Below are positions 45,295-54,136 of a stretch of 64,000 bases of DNA, piece after piece (position 1 is the stretch's first letter; the number at the start of each line of letters is the position of its first letter). The stretch is from contig CBDCYU010000003.1 in NCBI GenBank assembly GCA_965224345.1, positions 905,748 to 969,747 on the forward strand, given 5' to 3'. The position numbers were made by a program, and so were the translations under genes. Source of the stretch: Dehalococcoidia bacterium. GTDB lineage: Bacteria; Chloroflexota; Dehalococcoidia; Lucifugimonadales; CBDCYU01. The notes beneath the pieces are model-generated. The model was not told the DNA's origin, did no database searches, and saw nothing but the letters and a program-made list of their open reading frames with translations.

Positions 45295-46422
45295 TTGGCG
45301 ACAGAGAGCATAGAGCTGATAGAGGACGCCGCCGAGGAGCGAGTCTACGTCGCTTCGCAGTGGCAGCTCATGTGGTGGCGGTTCCGAAGGCACCGCCCTG
45401 CCATGGTTGCCGGTGTAGTCATGCTGGGCTTCTACGCCGTTGCGCTTCTGGCCCCGTTCCTCGCCACCTCCCCACCGACGTCTGGGGAAGCCGACCGGTC
45501 GCTCATGCCTCCCCAGAGGATCCACTGGTTCGACGGCTGGAAACCCAGCCCCCACGTCTTCGCAGTCTCGGGCGAGCGGGACTTCGTTACCTTCAAGCGG
45601 ACGTACACCGTGGACGAGGAGACGAAGATACCAGTCCGGCTCTTCGGGCGAGGGTTCGACTACAAGGTCTTCTGGCTCATCCCTACGGACCGGCATCTCT
45701 TCGGTACGAAGGGCGCCAAGACCGAGGAGTCGATCTTCATCTTGGGGACCGACCTGCAGGGCAGGGACGTCTACTCGCGTCTGCTCTTCGCGACCCGCAT
45801 ATCGATGTCGATAGGGCTGGTGGGTGTTAGCCTCAGCCTCGTTCTGGGCATAATGCTGGGCGGAATCTCCGGCTTCTACGGAGGAGCCGTAGATACCGTC
45901 ATCCAGCGAGGGATCGAGATACTACGCTCCATTCCGACCATCCCGCTATGGATGGGCTTGGCGGCTGCGCTGCCCGGCGACTGGTCGGTGCTGAGGGTGT
46001 ACTTTGCCATCACGATAATCATCTCCGTCTTGGGCTGGACCGAGCTGGCCCGCGTGGTCCGCGGGAGGTTCCTGGCGCTGCGGGAGGAGGACTTCGTGAC
46101 CGCCGCCATGCTGTCGGGCGCCAGCCACACGCGGACGATATTCAGGCACATGGTGCCCTCCTTCTACAGCCATATCATCGCAGCCAGCACCCTGGCGATC
46201 CCGGAGATGATCATCAGTGAGACCGCCCTCAGCTTCCTGGGGCTGGGCCTCCAGCCCCCGGCCGTCAGCTACGGCGTGATGCTTCAGGCTGCCCAGAACA
46301 TCCAGTCCATCGCCCTTACCCCATGGCTGATGTTCCCCGCGATGCCGGTGATCTTCGTCGTCCTCGCCTTCAATTTCCTTGGCGACGGGCTGCGGGATGC
46401 AGCCGACCCATACGCCCAGTAG
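45295..46422 (+). CDS. Peptide-type ABC transporter permease (DppC/OppC-like)
   Basis: QWQLMWWRFRRHR, LGTDLQGRDVYSRLLFATRISM. TTG at 45295 after GGAAGG. The ORF-track start at 45253 is a frame shadow of the upstream gene end. Confidence 0.85.
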   Translation: MATESIELIEDAAEERVYVASQWQLMWWRFRRHRPAMVAGVVMLGFYAVALLAPFLATSPPTSGEADRSLMPPQRIHWFDGWKPSPHVFAVSGERDFVTFKRTYTVDEETKIPVRLFGRGFDYKVFWLIPTDRHLFGTKGAKTEESIFILGTDLQGRDVYSRLLFATRISMSIGLVGVSLSLVLGIMLGGISGFYGGAVDTVIQRGIEILRSIPTIPLWMGLAAALPGDWSVLRVYFAITIIISVLGWTELARVVRGRFLALREEDFVTAAMLSGASHTRTIFRHMVPSFYSHIIAASTLAIPEMIISETALSFLGLGLQPPAVSYGVMLQAAQNIQSIALTPWLMFPAMPVIFVVLAFNFLGDGLRDAADPYAQ

Positions 46423-47458
46423 CAGGCGCCAGTTGACCACAGACACCCAAACACTGCTATCGGTGCGAGGCCTGCGCACCCACTTCCCACTGGACGAGGG
46501 CACTGTCATCGCCGTCGACGGCGCCAGCTTCGACATTCAGGAGGGCAAGACCCTGGGCGTCGTGGGGGAGAGCGGCTGCGGCAAGAGCGTGACGGCCCGC
46601 TCAATCCTGGGGATCCTCGACCGGCCCGGACGCATAGTCGACGGCGAGATCCTCTTCCGGCGGCGCACCGGAGAGAACGGCTCGGAGGTGGTCGACCTGG
46701 CGGCCCTCGACCCGAATGGCGCGGAGATGCGCGGCATCCGGGGCAGTGAGATCGCCCTGGTCTTCCAGGAACCGATGTCCTCCTTCAGCCCCGTCCACAC
46801 CATCGGCACTCAGCTGGTAGAGGCCATCAAGCTCCACCGCAGAGTGAGCAGCAACGAGGCCCGGGACATCGGCATCGAAGCCCTGCGCTCGGTGGGCATC
46901 CCCTTCCCGGAGCAGCGCATCGACGCCTACTCCTTCGAGCTCAGTGGCGGCATCCGACAGCGTGCCATGATAGCTATAGCGCTGTCGTGCAACCCGAGCC
47001 TGCTCATCGCGGACGAGCCCACCACGGCCCTGGACGTGACGACGCAGGCCCAGATACTGGACCTGCTGCGCGGTCTTCAGCAGCAGTTCGGCATGGCCAT
47101 CATGCTGATAACCCACAACCTGGGCGTGGTCGCCGAGATGGCCGACGATGTGGTCGTCATGTATCTGGGTGAGGTCGTGGAGAGCGCGCCGGTGGACGAC
47201 ATCTTCTACAACCCAAAGCATCCGTATACCCGCGCGCTCCTCGAGTCGATCCCCAGCATAACGGCCGAGACGGGCCAGAAGCTCGCCTCCATCACCGGTA
47301 CGGTGCCGCACCCCTACCACAGACCCAGGGGCTGCCCCTTCAACCCTCGCTGCCCCTCCTTCATCTCCGGCAAATGCGACCAGGAGCCGCCCCGGCTGCT
47401 GCCCATAGCTCCCAACCACAGTGTCAGCTGCTTTCTCTACGAGAACGAGGCGGGGTAA
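46397..47458 (+). CDS. Peptide-type ABC transporter ATP-binding protein (DppD/OppD-like)
   Basis: GESGCGKSV, LSGGIRQRAMIAIAL, LIADEPTTALD, CPFNPRCP. Start is ATG 46397, or alternatively TTG 46433. Confidence 0.9.
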   Translation: MQPTHTPSSRRQLTTDTQTLLSVRGLRTHFPLDEGTVIAVDGASFDIQEGKTLGVVGESGCGKSVTARSILGILDRPGRIVDGEILFRRRTGENGSEVVDLAALDPNGAEMRGIRGSEIALVFQEPMSSFSPVHTIGTQLVEAIKLHRRVSSNEARDIGIEALRSVGIPFPEQRIDAYSFELSGGIRQRAMIAIALSCNPSLLIADEPTTALDVTTQAQILDLLRGLQQQFGMAIMLITHNLGVVAEMADDVVVMYLGEVVESAPVDDIFYNPKHPYTRALLESIPSITAETGQKLASITGTVPHPYHRPRGCPFNPRCPSFISGKCDQEPPRLLPIAPNHSVSCFLYENEAG

Positions 47459-47461
47459 GCG

Positions 47462-48514
47462 ATGGCTGAGGCGACACAGACCAACGGCAACAGGCTTCTG
47501 GAGGTCAACAACCTCCAGAAGCTGTTCCCCATCACCCAGGGCTTCCTGAGGCGGGTCGTCGGCCACGTTCGGGCCGTCGACGACGTCAGCTTCTACATCA
47601 ACGAGGGAGAGACGCTGGGGCTGGTGGGAGAGAGCGGCTGCGGCAAGACGACCACGTCCCGCTGCATCCTGCGCGCCCTAGACCCGACCTCCGGCCAGAT
47701 CCTCTACAGGACCGGCGGCGGCGAGGAGGTCGACATCGCGACGCTGCCCGTGAGCCCTATGAGGGAGCTGCGCCGCGAGATCCAGATGATCTTCCAAGAC
47801 CCCTTTTCGTCCCTCAACCCCCGCATGACGCTCTTGGACGTTGTGGGTGAGCCGCTCCTCAACTTCGGGATGAGGTCGAGGTCCGAGAGAGAGGACCGCG
47901 TCTCCGAGCTCCTGCGGCTGGTAGGGCTGCGCCCGGAGTTCCTAAGACGCTTTCCCCACGCCTTCAGCGGAGGACAGAGGCAGCGCATCGGCATCGCCAG
48001 GGCACTGGCCCTCAACCCGCGCCTGATCGTGGCCGACGAGCCCGTCTCGGCACTGGATGTCTCAGTGCAGGCCCAGGTGTTGAACCTGATGGCAGACCTG
48101 CAGAGCCAGTTTGGCCTGGCCTACCTCTTCGTGGCCCACGACCTGAGTGTGGTCAAGCAGTTCAGCGACCGCGTGGCGGTGATGTACGTCGGCAAGATCG
48201 CCGAGATGGCCTCGACGGAGGAGCTGTTCGCCAATCCCAAGCACCCGTACACGGAGGCGCTGCTGTCCTCGGTCCCCAGGCCGGACCCGCGAAGTCGCAC
48301 CACGCGGATACCGCTGGAGGGGGAGGTGGCGAACCCCGCAGACCCTCCCACCGGATGCTACTTCCACCCCCGATGCGCCTATGCGACTGAGGTTTGCCGG
48401 ACCCAGACCCCCGCCCTGCAAGAGGTCGCCCCCGGCCACTTCGCAAGCTGCCACCACGCCGAGAGCCTGGAGCTCGCCGGCGTCCGCGCCAGGACCGGCC
48501 CCTCGGCCAGCTAG
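47462..48514 (+). CDS. Peptide-type ABC transporter ATP-binding protein (DppF/OppF-like)
   Basis: [45 protein letters not shown]. Confidence 0.9.
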   Translation: MAEATQTNGNRLLEVNNLQKLFPITQGFLRRVVGHVRAVDDVSFYINEGETLGLVGESGCGKTTTSRCILRALDPTSGQILYRTGGGEEVDIATLPVSPMRELRREIQMIFQDPFSSLNPRMTLLDVVGEPLLNFGMRSRSEREDRVSELLRLVGLRPEFLRRFPHAFSGGQRQRIGIARALALNPRLIVADEPVSALDVSVQAQVLNLMADLQSQFGLAYLFVAHDLSVVKQFSDRVAVMYVGKIAEMASTEELFANPKHPYTEALLSSVPRPDPRSRTTRIPLEGEVANPADPPTGCYFHPRCAYATEVCRTQTPALQEVAPGHFASCHHAESLELAGVRARTGPSAS

Positions 48515-48566
48515 GGTCTTTTCCCCCATGGGAGAGGGGACTGATTGTGATGGGGGAGGGGCCTTC

Positions 48567-49967
48567 TCACCCCCGATCCCTCAGGTCGTACATTGCGATG
48601 ATGTAGGGGTGATCAGGGTCGTAATGGGTCAGCGTGTCGGGGTTGTCGACCCTGCCGACAGGCCGGACGTCCTCCCCGGCAGCCCCGGTGGCGCTGTCAC
48701 CCAGGTCCCTCCTGCACGAGTCCAGCTTGGCCATGAGCGCCTTCACGATATCCGGATGGTCAGCATGGACGTCATTGGTCTCGGCGATGTCCGATCGGAG
48801 GTCGTAGAGCTGGCAGGTCTCGCCGGCACCCTCGACATGGTCGGGCAGCCGCACGTGCAGCTTCCATCTGCCGCTGCGCACGGCCCTGAGCTCGTCGGCC
48901 CGGTAGTAGAAGAAGGCGTCGTGGGGCGACTCCGCTCCTTCTTCCGCGAGCATAAGCGGGGCGATGTCCCGGCCGTCGACGATCCGGTCACCGGGGACTG
49001 ACGCGCCGCCCAGCGCCGCCAGGGTAGGGTACAGGTCCATGGCTGTGGCGACCTCGCCGCAGACGGAGCCGGCGGGTATCCTGCCAGGCCAGCGCATGAT
49101 GCACGGCAGCCTCATGCCGCCCTCCCACGTAGTCCCCTTCGTGCCGCGGAGGGGAGCGTTGCTCCCCCCATCGCTGGCCGCCCGCGATCCGTTGTCGCTG
49201 GTGAAGATCACCAGCGTCTTCTCGTCCAGCCCCAGCCTCTGCAGCTCGTGGAGCAGGGCCTCGGCTGCCCAGTCTACGCATGCCACCGCACCGCCGTAGG
49301 CGCCGTTCTTCGACTCCCGCAGGAACCGTTCCTGCACGTAGATGGGCAGATGGACGTACATGTGCGCGAAGTACAGGAAGAAGGGCCGGGACCGGTTGTC
49401 TCGAATGAAACGGACCCCCTCCTCGACGTACCGCTCGGTGAGAGCGGTCTGGTCCGGCTGCTGCTGGACCACGTCCTCGTCTCGCAGCAGCGGCAGCGGC
49501 GGATAGGTGTCCCCCGGGCGCTGCCTTCCCATGTCGTTGCTGTAGGGGATGCCGTAGTAGCTGTCGAATCCGTGGCGCGTCGGAAGGAACTCCGACTGGT
49601 CGCCGCAATGCCACTTGCCGATGATCTTGGTTGTGTACCCAGCCCCATTCAACAGACTGGCGACCGTCACCTCCTCCGGGTTCAGACCGTAGGGCTGCCC
49701 AGGGAACAGCACCACGCGCCCGTTAAAGGAGCCGAACCCTATCCGGCGCGGATAGCACCCCGTCATCATCGCGCCGCGGGAGGGCGAGCAGACCGGAGCG
49801 GCCATATAGAAGTCGGTGAACCTGACGCCCTCCTGGGCCATCTTATCCAGGGCCGGCGTCCTGTTGACCTCGGAGCCGTAGCAGCCAAGATCGCCGTAAC
49901 CCAGGTCGTCGCAGTTAATCAGGACTATGTTCGGCCTGTCACTCATGACACTCCTCTCTAGAGACAC
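48567..49967 (-). CDS. Cys-type sulfatase (arylsulfatase A family), no signal peptide
   Basis: NIVLINCDDLGYGDLG, formylglycine motif CSPSRGAMMTG, GKWHCGD. Confidence 0.9.
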   Translation of the reverse strand: MSLERSVMSDRPNIVLINCDDLGYGDLGCYGSEVNRTPALDKMAQEGVRFTDFYMAAPVCSPSRGAMMTGCYPRRIGFGSFNGRVVLFPGQPYGLNPEEVTVASLLNGAGYTTKIIGKWHCGDQSEFLPTRHGFDSYYGIPYSNDMGRQRPGDTYPPLPLLRDEDVVQQQPDQTALTERYVEEGVRFIRDNRSRPFFLYFAHMYVHLPIYVQERFLRESKNGAYGGAVACVDWAAEALLHELQRLGLDEKTLVIFTSDNGSRAASDGGSNAPLRGTKGTTWEGGMRLPCIMRWPGRIPAGSVCGEVATAMDLYPTLAALGGASVPGDRIVDGRDIAPLMLAEEGAESPHDAFFYYRADELRAVRSGRWKLHVRLPDHVEGAGETCQLYDLRSDIAETNDVHADHPDIVKALMAKLDSCRRDLGDSATGAAGEDVRPVGRVDNPDTLTHYDPDHPYIIAMYDLRDRG

Positions 49968-50111
49968 AAAGCTATCGTTGGCTGACCGTACCGGGCTACC
50001 TCACTGTCGGCGGGAGAGGGCGACCCACTGTAGGAGCGAAGCTACGTGACGCCCTTCGCGTACGCGATATCCGGAAGCGCCTTGGGGTGGCTGTGAGGAT
50101 CACGCGCCAGG

Positions 50112-51482
50112 CTACCAGACCCGTTTCGTCATGCCCGAGGCGGCGCCGTCCTCCACCAGGCCGTCTCTGCCAAGCTTCACGTACCGGGCGAACCAGTCGT
50201 CCATCATGGCCTTCATCTCGCCCGTCCGCCCCTGCTGGACCGGCTCCCCCACGAGATTGTTGAGCTCGCCTGGGTCCTTGACCAGGTGGTAGAGCTCGTC
50301 GGGGCCGTGAGCGTGCCGGTAGACGTACTTCCAATCCGCGGTGCGTACCATGCGGACAGGCCCGTACTCGTCGTAGATCACGACGTGGTCTCGTCCCGCG
50401 CCCGGTCTTCCCTCCAAGGTGGGGAGGAAGCTGGAGCCCGGCAGATTCCGGAGCCGGGGGACCGGGAGCTCTAGGTATTCAAGCAGGGTGGGCATGAAGT
50501 CGTAAGCGCTGACCATCGCGCTCTCGACGCGCCCTTGGGGTATGCGGCCGGGGTGGCTGAAGATGGCCGGCACCTTGATGGAGTTCTCGTACATGTTCCT
50601 GGGCGCCGTCCCGTTGCCCTTTCCCCAAAAGCCGTGATGTCCGCACGAGAAGCCGTTGTCGCTCAGGAAGACGACCAGCGTCCTGTCGCGAAGCCCAAGC
50701 TGCTCCAGCCTGTCCAACAGCCGACCGACACTCTGGTCCATGGCGGTGACCGAGGCAAAGTAGCCTTTCAGCGCCTCTCTGTTGCCCATGTTCTGGCGGG
50801 TCAGAGCGCCCGCCCACGGGTGTCGAGGCTCCTGTGGGCAGGAGTCGAAGGCGCAGTCGTCGTACGAGTTGACGATCTCCTGGGGATGCTCGCCGATCCA
50901 CGGGCTGTGGGGAGCCGTGTAGTGGACGCCCAGGTAGAAGGGGTGGCCAGCCCCGGCGTACCGCTCCATCAGCCTGAGAGCCTCGTCCGTTATGACGTCC
51001 GTCAGGTAGCCTGGCTCGTTGCCCAGCTGGCCGTTGCGCACCATCGGCGCGTTGTTGTAGGGACCGCCGCCCCGCCGGTGTACGAACCAGTCGGTGAAGC
51101 CGTGCTGCACTATCTGGCTGTCGCCCAGGTGCCATTTCCCCGAGATGCCGCAGGTCCAGCCATGGCGGGCCATGACGTCGGTGTAGGCGACCTCACCCTC
51201 CAGGTACGGTACCGCCCCGGGACCGGCGTTGCCGCCCCTGATCCAGTCGTGCACGCCGTGCTGGGAGGGAATCCTTCCCGTCAGCAGCGTCGCCCTGCTG
51301 GGCGAGCACACGGGGGTGGCGACGAAGAAACTCTCGAAGCGCGTCCCGGTCCCAGCCAACCTATCGAGGTTGGGGGTGCGGATCTCATCGTTGCCGTAGC
51401 AGCCGGCCGCCCATACCGCCTGGTCGTCGGTCAGGATGAACAGCACGTTGGTCGGACGCTTGTTCGGTCCGTCGTCGGCCAT
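50112..51482 (-). CDS. Cys-type sulfatase, no signal peptide
   Basis: NVLFILTDDQ, CSPSRATLLTG, GKWHLGD. Confidence 0.9.
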   Translation of the reverse strand: MADDGPNKRPTNVLFILTDDQAVWAAGCYGNDEIRTPNLDRLAGTGTRFESFFVATPVCSPSRATLLTGRIPSQHGVHDWIRGGNAGPGAVPYLEGEVAYTDVMARHGWTCGISGKWHLGDSQIVQHGFTDWFVHRRGGGPYNNAPMVRNGQLGNEPGYLTDVITDEALRLMERYAGAGHPFYLGVHYTAPHSPWIGEHPQEIVNSYDDCAFDSCPQEPRHPWAGALTRQNMGNREALKGYFASVTAMDQSVGRLLDRLEQLGLRDRTLVVFLSDNGFSCGHHGFWGKGNGTAPRNMYENSIKVPAIFSHPGRIPQGRVESAMVSAYDFMPTLLEYLELPVPRLRNLPGSSFLPTLEGRPGAGRDHVVIYDEYGPVRMVRTADWKYVYRHAHGPDELYHLVKDPGELNNLVGEPVQQGRTGEMKAMMDDWFARYVKLGRDGLVEDGAASGMTKRVW

Positions 51483-52634
51483 GTCTCTTCACCGGTGTAC
51501 GGTCTGAATTGGCGGGAGCTAGAGGCAGTCGAAGTAATGGCTTATATAGCTATGACTCGCTGGGCGGGGCTCCAGCCCGTGTACCTTTCAGGCGTCTAGT
51601 CTGTCCAGCGACACCGCCCGAGTTCCCCTTGTGGCGCTGGGCCAAGCTAAGGGCCACGTTGCCGAAAGTGGCTCCGGCAAGGTGCCCCACCGTTGCCATG
51701 TTAGGCAACGTTCCCCTTAGGGTCAAGCCCCGTGGAACGCCGCGAAGCTCTCGGGCCGGAGGTCCACGGCGCCGTTTTCTGGGCCAAGACGACAAATATG
51801 GACACAGGCCCCCCCACGAAAAACGCCGCCCTGTCCGCCCTGGGCGGCGCGGATGGGAATCTCCGACGGATGAGGCCGCAATCATGGGCCAAACTCAAAG
51901 AAGTGCAGGGTCGCGGCCTCATCCCATCCCTCTCGCTCCACCAAGATTCTGCCTACAGCCTCATCTGACAACGAAGGGTCGGAAAACTCTGCGAAGTAGT
52001 TTACGAAGCAAGCCTTGCCTATGGACCGCAGTGTTCGTTCCAACTGATTGTCGTTCATCGGCCCTGGACGCTCTCCCCGTCCTACACTCCCACCGCCGGG
52101 ATTCCAGGTAGACGGGCTCTAGCTCATGGCGGTCGGCTATCGTAGGTGTATTGAAGCGCTTGCCCTCCAATATCTCGCTGGCCGTCAGCATCTGCATTCG
52201 GGGATACCCGACGCCTAGTATCTTCAACCATATGGTGGGGCCGGCCTTGTGGCTGGCCCAGGGGGGAGAACCCCCCGACCCCCGCCAATGGGATCGTACT
52301 TGGGGCTAGGGTTGTGTGTGAGAGAGAGGAAAAACCGCTGATATTATATAAAAAGGACTTCCAGGTTGGGATGGTCAACGCGCCCTATCGGGTCGTGCCC
52401 CGTTCGCAGTCGCGGCAGGCCCGCCCCGGCCGCATCAACACGTACGTCCCACCTGTCCGACTGGGTCGTGGGGATGAGTCGCCGCCGTCCCAGCAGCCGC
52501 CCGCACCGATCCCTCCCGAACGCTGACCCCAGGGCCTCGGCGAGTATGTGGGATTTCAGCGCCCTGTCATTTCTCTACAGCCCTCCGAAGTGGCGGCCCC
52601 TGACTCTCTCCTGAATCAGGACGATCTCGGGGAG

Positions 52635-52982
52635 CTACTGGCCGCGGGCAATAGCCTGGGCTTGCCGTCTCTTGGCCCGCTTCTCCTTACGCCGCCGGGC
52701 TTTGGCCCGTCGCTCCTGGACTATCTCTAGGACGCGGCGGTAGTTGGGGGCAGGTCGTTGGCCCGCTTCTAGGGCGGCGGCGCGATGGGACTGTGTGGCC
52801 TTTGCCATCGCAGCGTAGGGGTCCCGCAATTTCGCGCCCTGGTCATTGGTGAAGATTCCCGCCAGGCTCCTATCGGGTAGGGACGGGGGCGCTTCCCGCT
52901 TCCGGTCCCGTCGGTCTATCTTGGCCCGCACCTGGGTCTCGCGGGTGTCAAGGTCATGCCCATACCGCACGTCAGCCCCCAC
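52635..52982 (-). CDS. Hypothetical basic protein
   Basis: 115-aa ORF with G/C-rich third codon positions. Lys/Arg-rich C-terminus. No family recognised. Confidence 0.3.
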   Translation of the reverse strand: MGADVRYGHDLDTRETQVRAKIDRRDRKREAPPSLPDRSLAGIFTNDQGAKLRDPYAAMAKATQSHRAAALEAGQRPAPNYRRVLEIVQERRAKARRRKEKRAKRRQAQAIARGQ

Positions 52983-53145
52983 GGTCGAGGGCTGGCTCCC
53001 GCTAGGTACTGATCGAAACTCAGGGTCGCGGGTATGTCGCCGGAGCGGCGGGTGTCTCGGTAGCGTTGGCGCTTCCCAGCGCCGCCCCTAGCAGCCCCGG
53101 TAGTCCTGATAGGCCCGGAGGTCTTGGTCGTACTGGCGGTGTTCC

Positions 53146-53595
53146 TTGGGGGCCCTGCTCGATAAGACGGAGGGCCAGGTCAAGGGGATGAAGGGGGATC
53201 GTCGAACCGGCCTCAAGGGATTGAAGATGTCGCTGGACGGAGTGCGGAGGTACTATGCTCGAGAGCGTCGACTGGTGGAGCAGCGGCTCTTGGCTTTAGA
53301 AGCGGGCCGTGAGGGCACAGAGACCGGAGCACCCGGAGGTGATGGGAGTGGAGGCCCTGGGCCGAGAAGCGTCGCAGCCGGGACGGGGTTCCCGTGGAAG
53401 CTAACCGATCCAACCCTGACCGAGCTGGCGGATGCCGGGGAGCGGACGAGCGGGGTGGTCGACCGGGACACATCGGCGGCCGCCAGTGGTGACGAGAAAG
53501 CTGGTGCGCCCTCCGAGCCTGTGATTCCCGGGTCAGCTCAGGTGCCGCGGAGGAACGTCGCTCGCTCAGAATCAGTTGAGCACGATGTGGCCTAA
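53146..53595 (+). CDS. Hypothetical protein
   Basis: 149-aa ORF followed about 105 nt later by a strong hairpin terminator. No family recognised. Start uncertain. Confidence 0.3.
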   Translation: MGALLDKTEGQVKGMKGDRRTGLKGLKMSLDGVRRYYARERRLVEQRLLALEAGREGTETGAPGGDGSGGPGPRSVAAGTGFPWKLTDPTLTELADAGERTSGVVDRDTSAAASGDEKAGAPSEPVIPGSAQVPRRNVARSESVEHDVA

Positions 53596-53700
53596 GCAGG
53601 ATGAAATGACGCTGCTAACGGGTCCACGGTTAGACAACGGTTCGAGTGAGTATTGACACTGGAGAATGAGTCGTGGACTGGGAGACACTAGCTCGCAAAG

Positions 53701-53744
53701 AAAGAGGGGAAGGACACCGGGACCTGGGGTCCTTCCCCTCTTTA
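53701..53744. terminator. Bidirectional-looking rho-independent terminator
   Basis: AAA-AGAGGGGAAGGAC (53703-53715), 13-nt loop, GTCCTTCCCCTCT (53729-53741)-TTT. Confidence 0.6.
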
Positions 53745-53818
53745 CGTCCGTGTGTAGGCTTTCTCGTCGCGCAGGATATGAACCTAGCCTTCATTGTGCT
53801 TGGTGGGGTCGATGAAGA

Positions 53819-53847
53819 TTGACGACCAAAACCCGCACTTCTATACT
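53819..53847 (+). promoter_or_regulatory. Promoter of the candidate defence operon
   Basis: TTGACG (53819-53824), 17-nt spacer, TATACT (53842-53847), about 45 nt upstream of the HTH gene. Confidence 0.5.
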
Positions 53848-53891
53848 TTGGTTGTAAGTGATAGGTTTTCTTAGTGAGGAGTTAGTGGGAT

Positions 53892-54122
53892 ATGGCGTCT
53901 GAAGAAGGTTGGGTCGGTATCGCTGACGTGGCTGCCCACCTGAGCGTAGCCAAAGACTCCATCTACTGTTGGGTCGACACCAAAGCCTTCCCAGCGCACA
54001 GGGTTGGAAGGCTCCTGCGCTTCCGGCTTTCAGAAGTGGACGAATGGGTAAGAACAGGAGGCGGGAGGGAATCCGGAAACCGAAAAGCTGGTAGGACTTC
54101 AACAGCGGATGGGCAAGACTAA
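53892..54122 (+). CDS. Excisionase/MerR-type helix-turn-helix DNA-binding protein
   Basis: IADVAAHLSVAKDSIYCWVDTKAFPAHRVGRLLRFRLSEVDEWV fits the HTH_17 pattern. GAGGAG RBS. Confidence 0.8.
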   Translation: MASEEGWVGIADVAAHLSVAKDSIYCWVDTKAFPAHRVGRLLRFRLSEVDEWVRTGGGRESGNRKAGRTSTADGQD

Positions 54123-54136
54123 CGAGTAGAGCATTC

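Noticed and set aside
48520-48575. Terminator between the convergent ATPase and sulfatase genes
   Set aside because: It is G/C-rich with GGGGAGGGG/CCCCC strings, but I could not draw a clean stem, and part of it is sulfatase coding sequence. I mention it only as a loose relative of the hairpin family.
51509-52111. 200-aa plus-strand ORF and overlapping minus-strand ORFs (51550-51885, 51701-51922)
   Set aside because: Arg/Pro-rich with no motifs and mutually overlapping in all frames. I treated the area as decayed or non-coding.
53600-53690. tRNA-like GGTTCGAG string
   Set aside because: There is no matching acceptor stem, D-arm or anticodon arm around it. I found no convincing tRNA in the window.
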